DNA from: a bacterium
GTDB lineage: Bacteria; UBA8248
Direction: 5' to 3'
NCBI GenBank assembly: GCA_965221165.1
Contig: CBDCRP010000003.1
Coordinates: forward strand, 224,001 to 288,000
DNA: 64,000 nucleotides
Of this stretch, positions 10,919-22,143 are shown piece by piece. Position numbers and translations under genes: made by a program. The number at the start of each line of letters is the position of its first letter. Positions within the stretch are counted from its first letter, which is position 1. The notes below the pieces were generated by a model, which did not search any database, was not told the DNA's origin, and saw only the letters and a list, made by a program, of their open reading frames with translations.

Positions 10919-12115
10919 CTAGCTCGCCGCTCGCCTGGACGCTTTTTCCTGAAATATGGAGCGGAGGTTTTTGAGCGCCTGACGCGTGCGGTGCTCATTC
11001 TCCACGAGCGCGAAGCGTACGTGCCCATCCCCCAACTCGCCGAAGCCGACGCCCGGCGATACGGCCACCTCTGTTTCCTTCAACAAGAACTTGGAGAACT
11101 CCAGAGAACCCATCTCTTTATAAGGTTGAGGAATCTCCGCCCAGACGAACATCGTGCCTTTGGGTTTTGGAACGTGCCAGCCGATTCTCTCCAACCCGTT
11201 GCACAGCGCGTCGCGGCGACTCTGGTAGATCTGCCGTATTTCCTCGACACATTCCTGAGAGCCGTTGAGCGCGATGATCGACGCGATCTGGATGGGCTGG
11301 AACGCGCCGTAGTCCAGGTAGCTCTTGATGCGCCTGAGCGCGCTGATAATCTCGCGGTTCCCCACGGCGAAGCCCATCCGCCACCCGGGCATCGAGTAGC
11401 TCTTGGAGAGCGAGAAAAACTCCACGCTCACATCCTTCGCGCCCTTCACCTGCAATATGCTGGGCGGCTCGTAGCCATCGAACCCCAGGTCGGCATAAGC
11501 GAAATCATGCACGACGATGAGGTTGTACTCTTTCGCGAAGGCGACGACTTTTTCAAAAAAATCAAGAGCCACGCAAACCGTGGTGGGATTGTGCGGAAAA
11601 CTCAGAACGAGGATTTTCGGCCGCGGCCATATCGGACGAATGATGTCGGTCATGTTCTCGAAAAAATCATCCCCCTGCGAGAGCGGCACATGAATCACGT
11701 TGCCGTTCGCCAACACCATGGCGTAGGTATGGATGGGGTATGTGGGACTCGGCACCATGACCAAATCGCCCGGGTTCGTGATGGCCAAGGCCAGATGGGA
11801 GATGCCCTCCTTCACGCCGATGGTGACGATGGCCTCCTCTTCGGGGTCGATATTCACGTCATAGCGGCGGCCGTACCAGTCGGCGATGGCCATCCGCAGA
11901 CGGGTGATGCCGCGCGAAGCGCTATAGCGGTGATTCCTGGGATTCGTCGCCGCCTCCACGAGCTTTTCCACGATGTGCGGCGGGGTGGCGAGGTCCGGGT
12001 TCCCCATGCCGAAATCGATGATGTCATCGCCCCGGCGGCGGGCCTCGATTTTCAGTTCATCGACGCCCGCGAAGACATAGGGGGGCAGACGCGTAATGCG
12101 CTGGAACTCATACAT
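10919..12115 (-). CDS. alaC: Class I/II PLP aminotransferase, AlaC-like
   Basis: [45 protein letters not shown]; usual position upstream of hom. Confidence 0.85.
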   Translation of the reverse strand: MYEFQRITRLPPYVFAGVDELKIEARRRGDDIIDFGMGNPDLATPPHIVEKLVEAATNPRNHRYSASRGITRLRMAIADWYGRRYDVNIDPEEEAIVTIGVKEGISHLALAITNPGDLVMVPSPTYPIHTYAMVLANGNVIHVPLSQGDDFFENMTDIIRPIWPRPKILVLSFPHNPTTVCVALDFFEKVVAFAKEYNLIVVHDFAYADLGFDGYEPPSILQVKGAKDVSVEFFSLSKSYSMPGWRMGFAVGNREIISALRRIKSYLDYGAFQPIQIASIIALNGSQECVEEIRQIYQSRRDALCNGLERIGWHVPKPKGTMFVWAEIPQPYKEMGSLEFSKFLLKETEVAVSPGVGFGELGDGHVRFALVENEHRTRQALKNLRSIFQEKASRRAAS

Positions 12116-12127
12116 GATCAAGAATCC

Positions 12128-13111
12128 TCAACTAACCGGCAAAGAAATCAGGCGATGGGAGGGAGCCGGAACATTCCGTCCCGAGCCATCCTCCGTCATG
12201 AAGGCGCGGCCCTCGGGGTCTCCCTCGGGTTTCCCGTCCGCCAGCCCCCGGGAGGCGTGCAGGGCTTCTTCCGCATTGTAAGAACTCCGCACGAATGGAC
12301 CCGCGAACACGTGCGCGAACCCCCTCGCCTCACCCGCGTGCCGGTAGCGCGCATACACGTCGGGGTGAATGTACTCGCGAACGGGAATCGCCTTTTTCCG
12401 GGGCGATAGATACTGTCCAATCGTCATGATCCGGCAATCCACCCTTTCATCTCTCAAATCATCCATCAAGGAGAGCACGTCCTTTTCGGTTTCACCCATG
12501 CCGACCATGACGCCGCTTTTCGTCACCATCTCCGGGGCAATTTCTCTTGCCATGCCGATGACGCGCAGCGAGCGCTCATAATCGCCGTTGGGCCGCGTAC
12601 TCTTGAACAGGCGCCTCACCGTCTCGATGTTGTGATTAAAAACATCCGGCCCGGCGCGAACCACCCGCTCGACCGCATCGAAATCGCCCATGAAATCGCT
12701 CACCAAAACCTCTACCGTGGTCCGGGGCAGCAACTCGCGAATCGCTTCGATAGTCGCCACCACGTGGCCGGCCGCGCCATCGGGCAAATCATCGCGATTC
12801 ACCATCGTGACGACCACATGCTCGAGCCCCAGTGATTTCGCGGCCTCGGCCACATGCAGCGGCTCGTTTGCGTCCAGAGGCTCCGGCGCGCCCTTCGTGA
12901 CGGCGCAATAGCCGCAAGTTCTGGTGCATACATCCCCGCCAATCATGAAGGTGGCCGTGTTGCGTGAAAAACACTCGAACAGGTTCGGGCAACGGGCTTC
13001 CTCGCACACGGTGTGCAGATGCTTGTTGCGCATCAGCGCCTTGACGTCGTGAGAACGGCTCGGACTCGGCAGCCGCTTTACGAGCCATGGGGGAAAGCGT
13101 CGAGAAGCCAT
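12128..13111 (-). CDS. lipA: Lipoyl synthase
   Basis: CEEARCPNLFEC and CTRTCGYC Fe-S motifs, NHNIETV, VRSSY. Confidence 0.97.
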   Translation of the reverse strand: MASRRFPPWLVKRLPSPSRSHDVKALMRNKHLHTVCEEARCPNLFECFSRNTATFMIGGDVCTRTCGYCAVTKGAPEPLDANEPLHVAEAAKSLGLEHVVVTMVNRDDLPDGAAGHVVATIEAIRELLPRTTVEVLVSDFMGDFDAVERVVRAGPDVFNHNIETVRRLFKSTRPNGDYERSLRVIGMAREIAPEMVTKSGVMVGMGETEKDVLSLMDDLRDERVDCRIMTIGQYLSPRKKAIPVREYIHPDVYARYRHAGEARGFAHVFAGPFVRSSYNAEEALHASRGLADGKPEGDPEGRAFMTEDGSGRNVPAPSHRLISLPVS

Positions 13112-13228
13112 CGAATTGCCTCCGCTCCCGGGAATCGGGAGGCTGCATCTTAGAAACGGAAACCGCAGGTGTCAAGATTAAAGCTATTTATAGCAAATAA
13201 ACTGCAAATCATTGTATTCAAAATTACT

Positions 13229-14047
13229 TCACATAGGAGCGATTTTGGCCCCCGCGAGGTTCATTTTCGCCCTGATCTCGGAGAGCGCTTTTCGGGCCTC
13301 CGCCTTGTCCCGATAGTGTCCCACCCGGACGCGGTACCACGTTCCCCTGGCGCCGAGATCCGCATTCCTGATGTAGGGTTGAAAGCCCGTGTCCCTCAGC
13401 CTCCGGACGGTTCGAAGCGCCTCATCGAATGTTTGGACCGAAACCACCTGAATGGTATATCCGCTTGCTTCCATCCAGGGTTTCGAGGTGCGCAGGCTCG
13501 CCTCCGACCGCTTTTTGGGTTCTTCATCGAGCGCATCCATATCGTCTTGCTTCTCGGCAACCATCTCCCCTGTAGGCTTCTCCACCGCAGCCACAGGCGG
13601 GGGCAGCGGCGTCGGTTCGGGCGAGCTTTTCTTTCTCACCACCGGCAACTTGATGGGTTCGATGGGCTGCTCGTATTCCTGTCCTTCCATGAGCAGGTCC
13701 TGATAAAATTTCGGCTTGATGATATCTGCAGGTCTGCTCGACACCTCTGTTTTCGTTTCGGGCGTCTTTTTTCGTTCGGGCATCTTTTTCAAGGCGACGA
13801 CCGCGCCGGGCGCGGCATTTTCGCCCTTGCCCCTTTCGAGGCCTAAAAGTTCGGCCGCAACCCCGGCCACCTCACTCGATGCGCCGCGCGCACCCCAGTG
13901 ATAGCCGAGGCCAAAAGACGCGGCCGTCACCACGAGGAGGACGAGGGCGAAAACACCGGCCTGCATTTTGCCGAAAACAATCCGGTAGCGCTTTCCGGAT
14001 GCGCGGCGCGGGGACTTCATGGGTTTTCTCGTTTTTCGTGGGCGCAT
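13229..14047 (-). CDS. SPOR-domain membrane protein (FtsN-like position downstream of argS)
   Basis: Basic N-terminus, one TM helix, Pro/Glu-rich linker, C-terminal YTIQV...WYRVRVG SPOR motif. Confidence 0.85.
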   Translation of the reverse strand: MRPRKTRKPMKSPRRASGKRYRIVFGKMQAGVFALVLLVVTAASFGLGYHWGARGASSEVAGVAAELLGLERGKGENAAPGAVVALKKMPERKKTPETKTEVSSRPADIIKPKFYQDLLMEGQEYEQPIEPIKLPVVRKKSSPEPTPLPPPVAAVEKPTGEMVAEKQDDMDALDEEPKKRSEASLRTSKPWMEASGYTIQVVSVQTFDEALRTVRRLRDTGFQPYIRNADLGARGTWYRVRVGHYRDKAEARKALSEIRAKMNLAGAKIAPM

Positions 14048-14052
14048 GCCGA

Positions 14053-15732
14053 TTACATCTTTTCGGGGGCGGAGACTCCCAACAAATTCAAGCCGCTCTT
14101 CAGGACGACTTGCACGCACTTCGTGAGACACAGGCGGGCGCGGGTGACCTCCGCGCGCTGTCCCAGTATGCGGTTGCGATTATAATAGGCATGAAACTGT
14201 TTGGCGAGAGCGATGAGGCCGAATGTGACGTGGTGGGGCTCCAGCCTCTCGGCCGCTATTCGCACCACGTCGGGCCATTCGAGGAGATTCTTCATAAGCC
14301 CGTGCTCCTCGTCCAGCACGAGCACTCCGGGCGGCGCCTCCTCGAGGTCACCGGGCGATTCGCCTTCTTCCGCCGCCTGCCTGAAAAGACTGCACGCGCG
14401 CGCATGGGCGTATTGAACATAGTAGACCGGATTCTCGCTGCTTTGTTCTTTCGCCAAATCCAGGTCGAACTCCAGCGCCGTGTCCGCGCTCCTCATCAGG
14501 AAGAAAAAACGGGCCGCGTCCACGCCCACTTCATTCACAACGGAGGATAATTCCTCGAACTCGCCCGAGCGCGTGCTCATCTGCACCGCCTCGCCGCTAC
14601 GGCGCAAGCTCACAAACTGAACGAAGAGAACGTCGAGCTTTTCGGGTTCATGGCCGAGCATCTCCACCGCCGCGCGCACCCGGGGCAAATACCCGTGATG
14701 ATCCGCCCCCCACACGTTGACGTAACGGTCGAAGCCGCGCTCGTACTTGAGGTGATGATAGGCGATGTCCGAAGCCAGATAGGTCGGGCGGCCGTCGTCT
14801 CGCACGACGACGCGATCCTTTTCATCCCCGTGCGCACTCGAAGCGAGCCACCTGGCCCCGTCTTTCTCATAGAGTTCTTTGTTCGCCTCGAGCGCGGCGA
14901 TCGCTTTCTCCACCCTGTTCCCGTTTTCCGAGAACAAAGAAGACTCGCTGAACCATTCATCGAAATGAACCCGGAACTCGGCGAGGGATTTTTCGATATC
15001 CTCCAATATCAAATCCTTGGCGATGACGCCCGCTTGCGAGAGAAGGATTTTTTCTCCCTTCCCGACAAACGGCTCGACGCCCTCCCGAAACCTGGGCGAC
15101 TTGACGATCTCGCGAATGTATTCGCCCTGGTAGGCATCCTCGGGAAAGTCCACCGCCTCGCCCCTCACGTCTTGTAAGTAGCGCGCGTAGGCCGATTTCG
15201 CCAACGTCTCGATCTGGTTGCCCGCATCGTTGATGTAATACTCCCGGTGCACGCGAAACCCCGACGCCTCCATCACGCGGCCCAGGACATCGCCTAGCGC
15301 AGCGCCCCGTCCATGGCCGACGTGAAGCGGACCCGTGGGATTTGCGCTCACGAACTCCAGATGAACGGATTTGCCCGCCCCCAATTCGTTTTTTCCAAAA
15401 TCATCCGGCGAGGTCAATATCTCCTTGAGCTTCGCGCACAGGTAATCTCCATCGAGATAGAGGTTGATGAAGCCCGGTTTTTCGATTCGAACGTCTTCCA
15501 AAAACCCTTCCGGCGCCTCGAAGTGTTTTACGATTTGCTCTGCAATCACCAGGGGCGCCTTGCGCTCGGCCCTGGCCAGCGTCATCGCGATGTTGCAGGA
15601 AAAATCGCCAAACGCCTCGTTCTGCGGCGTTTCGATGACGACCGCAGGCCTGCCCCCGGAAGTCAGGTCGCCCGCTGCGCGAGCGCTTTCGAACGCGTTC
15701 TCGAATATGGGGACCAGCATTTCTTTCAACAC
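14053..15732 (-). CDS. argS: Arginine--tRNA ligase
   Basis: EFVSANPTGPLHVGHGRGA, WGADHHGY, MSTRSG, NPVYYVQYAHAR. Confidence 0.98.
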   Translation of the reverse strand: MLKEMLVPIFENAFESARAAGDLTSGGRPAVVIETPQNEAFGDFSCNIAMTLARAERKAPLVIAEQIVKHFEAPEGFLEDVRIEKPGFINLYLDGDYLCAKLKEILTSPDDFGKNELGAGKSVHLEFVSANPTGPLHVGHGRGAALGDVLGRVMEASGFRVHREYYINDAGNQIETLAKSAYARYLQDVRGEAVDFPEDAYQGEYIREIVKSPRFREGVEPFVGKGEKILLSQAGVIAKDLILEDIEKSLAEFRVHFDEWFSESSLFSENGNRVEKAIAALEANKELYEKDGARWLASSAHGDEKDRVVVRDDGRPTYLASDIAYHHLKYERGFDRYVNVWGADHHGYLPRVRAAVEMLGHEPEKLDVLFVQFVSLRRSGEAVQMSTRSGEFEELSSVVNEVGVDAARFFFLMRSADTALEFDLDLAKEQSSENPVYYVQYAHARACSLFRQAAEEGESPGDLEEAPPGVLVLDEEHGLMKNLLEWPDVVRIAAERLEPHHVTFGLIALAKQFHAYYNRNRILGQRAEVTRARLCLTKCVQVVLKSGLNLLGVSAPEKM

Positions 15733-15798
15733 GAGAGCCTCATGAAAAAAAACAACCGGAGCAACGAGAGGAACAAATACCGCTACCGCGGAATTCCG

Positions 15799-16566
15799 TC
15801 AACGCGAAACCGGGGTGTGGCCCGAGCGCCCGGGCAGGGTCTTTCCGCTATGATATTTCAAAAACGCTTCTGCGCACCCGATGATCTCGGACCGCAAGGA
15901 CGCGGCGAACCGAATGGAAAAACACTTATCCACCGGCAAGCGAAGAACCTCTCTCGTCGCGGCGACGGCGCCGGCGCGCAAACGCACTTCCCGAGCGGGA
16001 GACTGCGGGCACCTCGCACAGCGCAACTCGCCCGTTGCAACATCAAAGCGCGCCGTTTCACTTCCCGGTTTTTTCTCGCACTCCGCGCAATACTCAAGGC
16101 CCGGGCGCAGCCCCATCGTCTTGAGCAGCATGAGGAGAAAAATTCCCTCCATACTCGACGCGCTCGCGCCCGTCTCCAGGGTTTCGAGCGAGAAGCGGAG
16201 CAACAGATAGTGCGCTCTCTCGCCCTCATCCACGTTCAACACCGCATCGAGTATCTTCAAAAGGCGGGACGCCACCCGCATGGCCTCATAGTCTTTCCAG
16301 AGTCTTTGATAGACCAGGGTCGTCTCGCATTTTCGCATCGTGCCCAAACCCGAGACGCTGCGCCGGCTCCACTCGATATGACTCTGGCTTGCGGGTTCGA
16401 GTCCCACGCCCACCCTGGCCTTCGCCGAGCGCACGCCCTTGGCCACCAAGCGCACCTTGCCCTGTTCTTTGGTCAAGAACGTGACTATCAGGCTCGTATT
16501 CGAATATGCGCGCGCGCCCAGGACGATGGCTTCGTCGCTTAAAATAGCCAAGAAAACGCCCCCCAA
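15799..16566 (-). CDS. recO: DNA repair protein RecO
   Basis: N-terminal OB fold (GKVRLVAKG), CAEC...CARC zinc finger; near era. Confidence 0.92.
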   Translation of the reverse strand: MGGVFLAILSDEAIVLGARAYSNTSLIVTFLTKEQGKVRLVAKGVRSAKARVGVGLEPASQSHIEWSRRSVSGLGTMRKCETTLVYQRLWKDYEAMRVASRLLKILDAVLNVDEGERAHYLLLRFSLETLETGASASSMEGIFLLMLLKTMGLRPGLEYCAECEKKPGSETARFDVATGELRCARCPQSPAREVRLRAGAVAATREVLRLPVDKCFSIRFAASLRSEIIGCAEAFLKYHSGKTLPGRSGHTPVSR

Positions 16567-16678
16567 CAGGTCTTCTTTTTTAGGTCTTGACGAAATCCGG
16601 CGGATGAGAGATAGTTTGCGTCCTGAAAGATTCTATTTTCTGTCGTCTCATACCGCAAACGGGAGGAACACAACCAAT

Positions 16679-16867
16679 ATGCCAGGCGTGAAAGTACACG
16701 AGGGTGAATCCATCGACAAGGCTTTGAAACAGTTCAAGAAACAATGCGAGAAATCAGGCATTCTCACGGAAATCAAAAAGCGCGAGTATTACGAAAAACC
16801 CAGTGTGAAGCGCAAAAGAAAGATACTCGCCGCGCACAAAAAGCGCATGCGCGCCCAGAACCGCTAA
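16679..16867 (+). CDS. rpsU: 30S ribosomal protein S21
   Basis: [27 protein letters not shown]...[14 protein letters not shown]; GGGAGG RBS upstream. Confidence 0.96.
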   Translation: MPGVKVHEGESIDKALKQFKKQCEKSGILTEIKKREYYEKPSVKRKRKILAAHKKRMRAQNR

Positions 16868-16869
16868 AC

Positions 16870-17862
16870 CTAGACATTCTCATACCCTAGCTCCTGAAGC
16901 GCGGCGTCCTTCTGCCGCCAGTTGGGTTTGAGCCGCACCTTGAGGCCGAGATATATCTGCTCGCCCAGGCGGCGTTCAATCTCCTTTCTCGAAAATTCTC
17001 CGATTTTCTTAATCTGCCCCCCTCCTTTTCCCACAAGAATGCCCCGCTGGCTCTTTCGCTCCACATATATTTCCGCCTCGACGTGCAAAAGGCCGGAACC
17101 CGCGGCGCGCTCCATCTCCCGCACCCTCACCGCCACGGCGTAGGGGATTTCCTTGTGTAGCCGGCGATACACCTGCTCGCGAACGAATTCTTCTATCAGG
17201 AGGGCTTCGCTGATGTCGGTCGTCATATCGGGAGAAAAGTATCTCGGGCCTTCAGGGAGAGCCTTTATGATATCTCCCACCAGTGGCTCCACGTTATCCC
17301 CCTTGAGCGCCGAGATCGGGTATGCCTTCCTGAATCCATCGTTTTCGGCGTGTTTCGCCAGAACGGGCAAGAGTTTCGTCTTGTCTTTCATCCGGTCCAC
17401 CTTGTTGATGAGGAGAAACGCAGGCACGCCCGCATCCTCAATGAAGGCGAGCGCATTCTCGTCCACCTCGCCCTCGAAGTCGTCGGTCATGAACAGGGCG
17501 AGGTCCGCCCCCGAGCACGCGGCCTTCACCTCTTCGAGCAGAAAACGCCCGAGTTTCGAGGCGGGACGCTCGATGCCCGGGGTATCGAAAAAAGCCGCCT
17601 GCGCGTTTTCCGTGTTCAACACGCCGAGAAGCCTGCGTCTCGTGGTTCCGGGCTTTCGGGTAACGATGGCGAGTTTTTCCCCGAGGATGCGGTTGAGAAG
17701 AGTGGATTTGCCCACGTTCGGGCGGCCGATGATGGCGATGAAGCCCGAGCGAAACCCCTCCGGTGTTTCGGGGTGCTCATCGGCGCTTCTCAAGATTTTA
17801 TCGAGGTCGAGCGTGCGCGCATCGCCCCCGGTTCGAGGCGCCCTCTTCTTCTTCCGCGGCAC
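16870..17862 (-). CDS. era: GTPase Era
   Basis: GRPNVGKST, DTPG, NKVD, C-terminal KH domain (GILVGKGG). Confidence 0.97.
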   Translation of the reverse strand: MPRKKKRAPRTGGDARTLDLDKILRSADEHPETPEGFRSGFIAIIGRPNVGKSTLLNRILGEKLAIVTRKPGTTRRRLLGVLNTENAQAAFFDTPGIERPASKLGRFLLEEVKAACSGADLALFMTDDFEGEVDENALAFIEDAGVPAFLLINKVDRMKDKTKLLPVLAKHAENDGFRKAYPISALKGDNVEPLVGDIIKALPEGPRYFSPDMTTDISEALLIEEFVREQVYRRLHKEIPYAVAVRVREMERAAGSGLLHVEAEIYVERKSQRGILVGKGGGQIKKIGEFSRKEIERRLGEQIYLGLKVRLKPNWRQKDAALQELGYENV

Positions 17863-17871
17863 CCGGGCGCC

Positions 17872-19698
17872 CTACCCGAACGACCCGTCGATGCCCAATT
17901 CCCGGAGCTGAATACGCTCGACCGAGGCCGGCGCGCCGGTCATCAGGCAGGTGGCTTTCTGGGTCTTGGGAAACGCAATGACGTCGCGGATGGAGGGAGC
18001 GCTCGTCAAGAGCATCATAATCCGGTCCAGGCCGAACGCGATTCCCCCGTGGGGAGGCGTGCCGAACTCGAGCGCCTCCATGAAGAAGCCGAAGCGCCGC
18101 TGCGCCTCTTTTTCATCCATGTCCAGGGCGGCGAACATTTTTTGCTGCACCTCGCGCTGGTGGATTCGCCGGCTGCCGCCGCCGATTTCATTCCCGTTCA
18201 CCACCATGTCGTAGGCCTGGGAGCGAATGGCGCCGGGGTCGGAATCGAACAGCGCCACGTCCTCGGGCACGGGCGCCGTAAAGGGATGGTGAAGCGCATG
18301 AAATCTCTTCTCCGCCTCGTCGTATTCCAGGAGCGGGAAATCCACGACCCAGCAAAAATCGAATTTCTCATCGTCACGGGAAACGAGGCCCAGGCGCGCG
18401 CCGATCTCATCGCGCAGATGGCCCAGAACCGACGCGCTCACCGCCGGAGCGTCGGCCACCATCATCAACAAGTCACCGACTTCCACTCCCGCTCTCGCGC
18501 CGATCTCCTCCAACTGGCCGTCCAGAAAAAACTTGGTGATGTTCGACTCGTATCCCTTTTCCGTCCGCTTCGCCCAGGCGAGACCGCCCGCGCCCAGCTC
18601 CTGCGCGCGCGCGATGATGTCGTCTATCTCTTTTCTCGAGGCCGACGCCATGCCCGGCCCTGCCATGGCGCGCGCCACGCCTCCTTTTTCCACCGCGCCC
18701 TTGAATACCTTGAACCCGCTCGCCCGCGCCACGTCCGTGAAAGTCGCCAGCTTCATGCCGAAGCGCCTGTCCGGCCTGTCGGTTCCGTACTGCGCGATCG
18801 CCTCGGCGTAGGGAACCCGCTCGAAGGGCGTCTCGATTTCCACGCCGCCCACCTCTTTCCATATCTTCGCCACCAGACCCTCCATGAGGCCGAAAAAAGT
18901 CTCCCTGTTCAGGAAGGAGCATTCGATGTCGATTTGCGTGAACTCCGGCTGCCTGTCGGCGCGCAAGTCCTCGTCCCGGAAGCATTTGACGATCTGGTAG
19001 TAGCGATCGAAGCCCGCGACCATGAGAATCTGCTTGAACATCTGGGGACTCTGGGGGAGAGCGAAGAAATTCCCGCGCGCGAGCCGGCTGGGGACCAGAT
19101 AATCCCTCGCCCCCTCGGGGGTGCTCCTCGTGAGGACCGGGGTTTCGACGTCGACGAATTGATTTTCCGTCAGGAAATTGCGAATCACCTGGGTCGCCTG
19201 ATGACGCCGGATGAAATTCTCCCGCAGGGCCGGTCGTCTCAAGTCGATGTAGCGGTACTGAAGGCGCAGCGCTTCTCCGGCGTCTGATTCATCATCTATT
19301 TCAAAGGGCGGCGTCTTCGCCTCGCTCAGAACTTCCAGCCTCGTCACCCGCACCTCGATTTCGCCGGTGGCGAGATTCGGGTTCGCCATCCCTTCGGGGC
19401 GCGCGATGACCACCCCCTGAACGGCGAGCACCCATTCGCCGCGCACCCGTTCGGCGAGGGCATGGGACGCTTCGTCATACGAGGGGTCGGCCACCACCTG
19501 GGTGACGCCGTAGCGATCGCGCAAGTCGATGAAAATCAACCCGCCGTGGTCGCGGTTCGAGCCCGCCCAGCCCATGAGGACGACTTCGCCGCCTATGTCG
19601 GAGGTGCTAAGCGCTCCGCAATGGTGGGTTCTTCCTTTTTCCAAAAGCCCGCTCAAAGTCTCGTATCCTTCATCTGCGATAGAGTTCAGCAAATCCAC
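17872..19698 (-). CDS. aspS: Aspartate--tRNA ligase (likely non-discriminating Asp/Asn)
   Basis: RDHGGLIFIDLRD, PEGARDY, FRDEDLRADRQPEF, GTPPHGGIAFGLDR; His in RDHG is typical of non-discriminating enzymes. Confidence 0.97.
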   Translation of the reverse strand: MDLLNSIADEGYETLSGLLEKGRTHHCGALSTSDIGGEVVLMGWAGSNRDHGGLIFIDLRDRYGVTQVVADPSYDEASHALAERVRGEWVLAVQGVVIARPEGMANPNLATGEIEVRVTRLEVLSEAKTPPFEIDDESDAGEALRLQYRYIDLRRPALRENFIRRHQATQVIRNFLTENQFVDVETPVLTRSTPEGARDYLVPSRLARGNFFALPQSPQMFKQILMVAGFDRYYQIVKCFRDEDLRADRQPEFTQIDIECSFLNRETFFGLMEGLVAKIWKEVGGVEIETPFERVPYAEAIAQYGTDRPDRRFGMKLATFTDVARASGFKVFKGAVEKGGVARAMAGPGMASASRKEIDDIIARAQELGAGGLAWAKRTEKGYESNITKFFLDGQLEEIGARAGVEVGDLLMMVADAPAVSASVLGHLRDEIGARLGLVSRDDEKFDFCWVVDFPLLEYDEAEKRFHALHHPFTAPVPEDVALFDSDPGAIRSQAYDMVVNGNEIGGGSRRIHQREVQQKMFAALDMDEKEAQRRFGFFMEALEFGTPPHGGIAFGLDRIMMLLTSAPSIRDVIAFPKTQKATCLMTGAPASVERIQLRELGIDGSFG

Positions 19699-19737
19699 AT
19701 CACTGGCGCGGGAGCGTATCGGCTTCGCACCGGGAAT

Positions 19738-20985
19738 TCAAGCATCCTGCGTCCGCCTCTTCATTATACGGGAAAGCCAGAGGATTCCGCCCAGACCAAT
19801 CCAGACGGACACGCCCACCGAAGCCCAGGCCACCGTCCATTCCCTGGGCAGGACCTCGCCCCGGGAACCCGGGTTCGTGATGTCGAGAATGTAGCCCACT
19901 TCGATGGAAGAGAGTGCGCCGAACAGGAAGCCGAACCCCGCGAGGCAGCCCAGGGCCGTGCCCAGATGGCGCTTGGGCGAGATTTCGCTCATCACGACCA
20001 GGAAAACGGACGCATCGACGGCCATCGTCACCGCCCAGACCAACGCCACGATCAGCAGAACCGGAATCGGCGCGTGAAACAGAAAACCGATGCCGTACGT
20101 CATCGCGCCGCTCAGGAACAAGCTGCCCGCGATGCTCGGGAGGCGCCCGAACCTGTCGGCCGACCACGCGCCGATGAAATTCGAGAACGCGGATATCGCG
20201 ATCATGAACGCCAGGGCCGTCGCGGCGTTATCCACCGCACTTCCCCTCGGCAGGCCGTGCGCCACGAACGCCGAGGCGAGGAAGGTGACGCCCCAGCCCC
20301 TGAAGGCGAACATCTCCCAGCGGTGCATGACGTAGGAGCCGATGAGCACCCAGCATCTGAGCGGCAAGCGGGGAAAGGCGAACTTCTCCCCGCCTCCCGA
20401 TTCCTCCTTTCCGGGGTCGGGCACCCAGATCAACACCATGAGTATGCCCACGACGGGGCCGAGCGAACCCGCGGCGAAGGTGAAGCGCCAGCCGAAATCG
20501 GGGAGCAGATAACCCGTCAGGAACATCGAGACCGATACGCTGAAGGTGAAGAAAAAGGCGTAGCCCGACACCATCTTCGCCCGCATCGCCGGCGAGGAGT
20601 GCTCGGCCACGATGCGCAGGCCCGGCCCGAACACGCCCGCAAGCCCTACTCCGCATGCGCACCTCAGCAGGGCGGCCGTCCACAAACCCTCGGCGAAGAA
20701 GGGGAACATCAGGTTCGTGAGGCCGAGCCAGGCGGCCGAGAAGAGATAAATCGTTCTCGCGCTGAAATAATCCGTCGCCCCGGTGAGGACGGCGGAAGCG
20801 ACGACGTAGCCCATGTAAAACGCAAAATAGATGAAACCGGCATCCGTATTGGTGAGCGACCATTCCGCTTTCAGGATCGGGATGGCGGTCGGGTAGTTGG
20901 CGTAGACCAGCATGATGGGAAGCTGCGAGAAGCCCAGCACCGACAGGGCGGCCTGGCTGATGCGCACTTTTCGGGGAGTGTCCAT
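19738..20985 (-). CDS. Major facilitator superfamily transporter
   Basis: About 12 hydrophobic segments, GAWSADRFGR motif A. Confidence 0.9.
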   Translation of the reverse strand: MDTPRKVRISQAALSVLGFSQLPIMLVYANYPTAIPILKAEWSLTNTDAGFIYFAFYMGYVVASAVLTGATDYFSARTIYLFSAAWLGLTNLMFPFFAEGLWTAALLRCACGVGLAGVFGPGLRIVAEHSSPAMRAKMVSGYAFFFTFSVSVSMFLTGYLLPDFGWRFTFAAGSLGPVVGILMVLIWVPDPGKEESGGGEKFAFPRLPLRCWVLIGSYVMHRWEMFAFRGWGVTFLASAFVAHGLPRGSAVDNAATALAFMIAISAFSNFIGAWSADRFGRLPSIAGSLFLSGAMTYGIGFLFHAPIPVLLIVALVWAVTMAVDASVFLVVMSEISPKRHLGTALGCLAGFGFLFGALSSIEVGYILDITNPGSRGEVLPREWTVAWASVGVSVWIGLGGILWLSRIMKRRTQDA

Positions 20986-21012
20986 GGATTCGGCGATCGG
21001 TTTGCTCTCTAC

Positions 21013-22017
21013 TCAGGCGAAATCGTTTGCCCAGATGGTTTTGAGTCTTTGCATGTCAACCAGCGGCAGAGGTGCTGCGCCCGCGCAGGAGAGCGCCTCA
21101 CCCAGTTGGTCCTCGCCCGAGAAACCCACCAGAGCGCAAGAGACTTCATCCCGCATCAAGACGAAGCGAAGCGCCGCCTGCGCCAGGGTGCATCCCTCGC
21201 GAACGAGAAACCGGAGCTTCCCGGCGCGCGCCACGTCCTCCTCGTATTCCGAACCCACAGAGAGAACCGGCGGAATTTCATCCAGAAAACCCAGCAGATT
21301 CGGTTCGGCGCTGAGCGCGCCCAGGGCGAGGGCGCGAATCGCCAGTACCCCCATGCCCTTTTTCGCGGCGCGCTCCATGAGCAAGTCGTAATCCACTGCG
21401 CCGAAACGCTCCGGCGCCGCATACGCCGCGCTCGGGTTGAGCAAGTTGAAATACGCCTGCACCGTGTGGAACTCGCCGCTGTCGACCATCTCGGCCAAAG
21501 AGGCGGGATGCCCGATGCCGGTGAACCCGAAAAAGCGCACGAGGCCTCGATCGCGCAATTCCCTGAAACCATCGAGCACGCCGCCTGTACGAAAAATATC
21601 GGAGGGTTGGAACACCACCTCCCCCACCGGCCAATCCCGCTCGGGGGCCACGTAGTTGTGGATCTGAATCAGGTCGACTTGGGGTCGGCCCAATCGCTCC
21701 AGACTCTTCTCCACCGAGGCGACCACCGCCTCCTTCGGCGCGTCGCGCTCCTCGGCGGTGAGGCGAATCTTCGTCGTGAGGACGACCTTCGCCCCCAGGC
21801 GATTGAGCGCAGCGCCCAGGTTGGCTTCAGACTTCCCGCTTCCGTAGCCCATCGCCGTATCGAAGAAATTCACGCCCCCGTCCAGGGCGCCGCGAACCGC
21901 GCGGAGCTGCGCCTCCTGGTCGTCGACCACCATCAAGCGGCTGATGCCGCCCGTGCCGAAACCTATCTCGGACACCGAGATACCCGTACTCCCGAGGGTG
22001 CGCTCGCGCATCGTCAT
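21013..22017 (-). CDS. Aldo/keto reductase
   Basis: LGSTGISVSEIGFG, NFFDTAMGYG, SLERLGRPQVDLIQIH. Confidence 0.93.
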   Translation of the reverse strand: MTMRERTLGSTGISVSEIGFGTGGISRLMVVDDQEAQLRAVRGALDGGVNFFDTAMGYGSGKSEANLGAALNRLGAKVVLTTKIRLTAEERDAPKEAVVASVEKSLERLGRPQVDLIQIHNYVAPERDWPVGEVVFQPSDIFRTGGVLDGFRELRDRGLVRFFGFTGIGHPASLAEMVDSGEFHTVQAYFNLLNPSAAYAAPERFGAVDYDLLMERAAKKGMGVLAIRALALGALSAEPNLLGFLDEIPPVLSVGSEYEEDVARAGKLRFLVREGCTLAQAALRFVLMRDEVSCALVGFSGEDQLGEALSCAGAAPLPLVDMQRLKTIWANDFA

Positions 22018-22143
22018 CCTCTCCAGTAAATTTCATCCATCCATCCGGGGCGAAGACTATCACGACCGGGCGTGAAGGCGAAGGAGACTGCGCACCCGGA
22101 GCATTTTGATGTACGATAGGCGCATTCCTTACATGGAGAGAAC

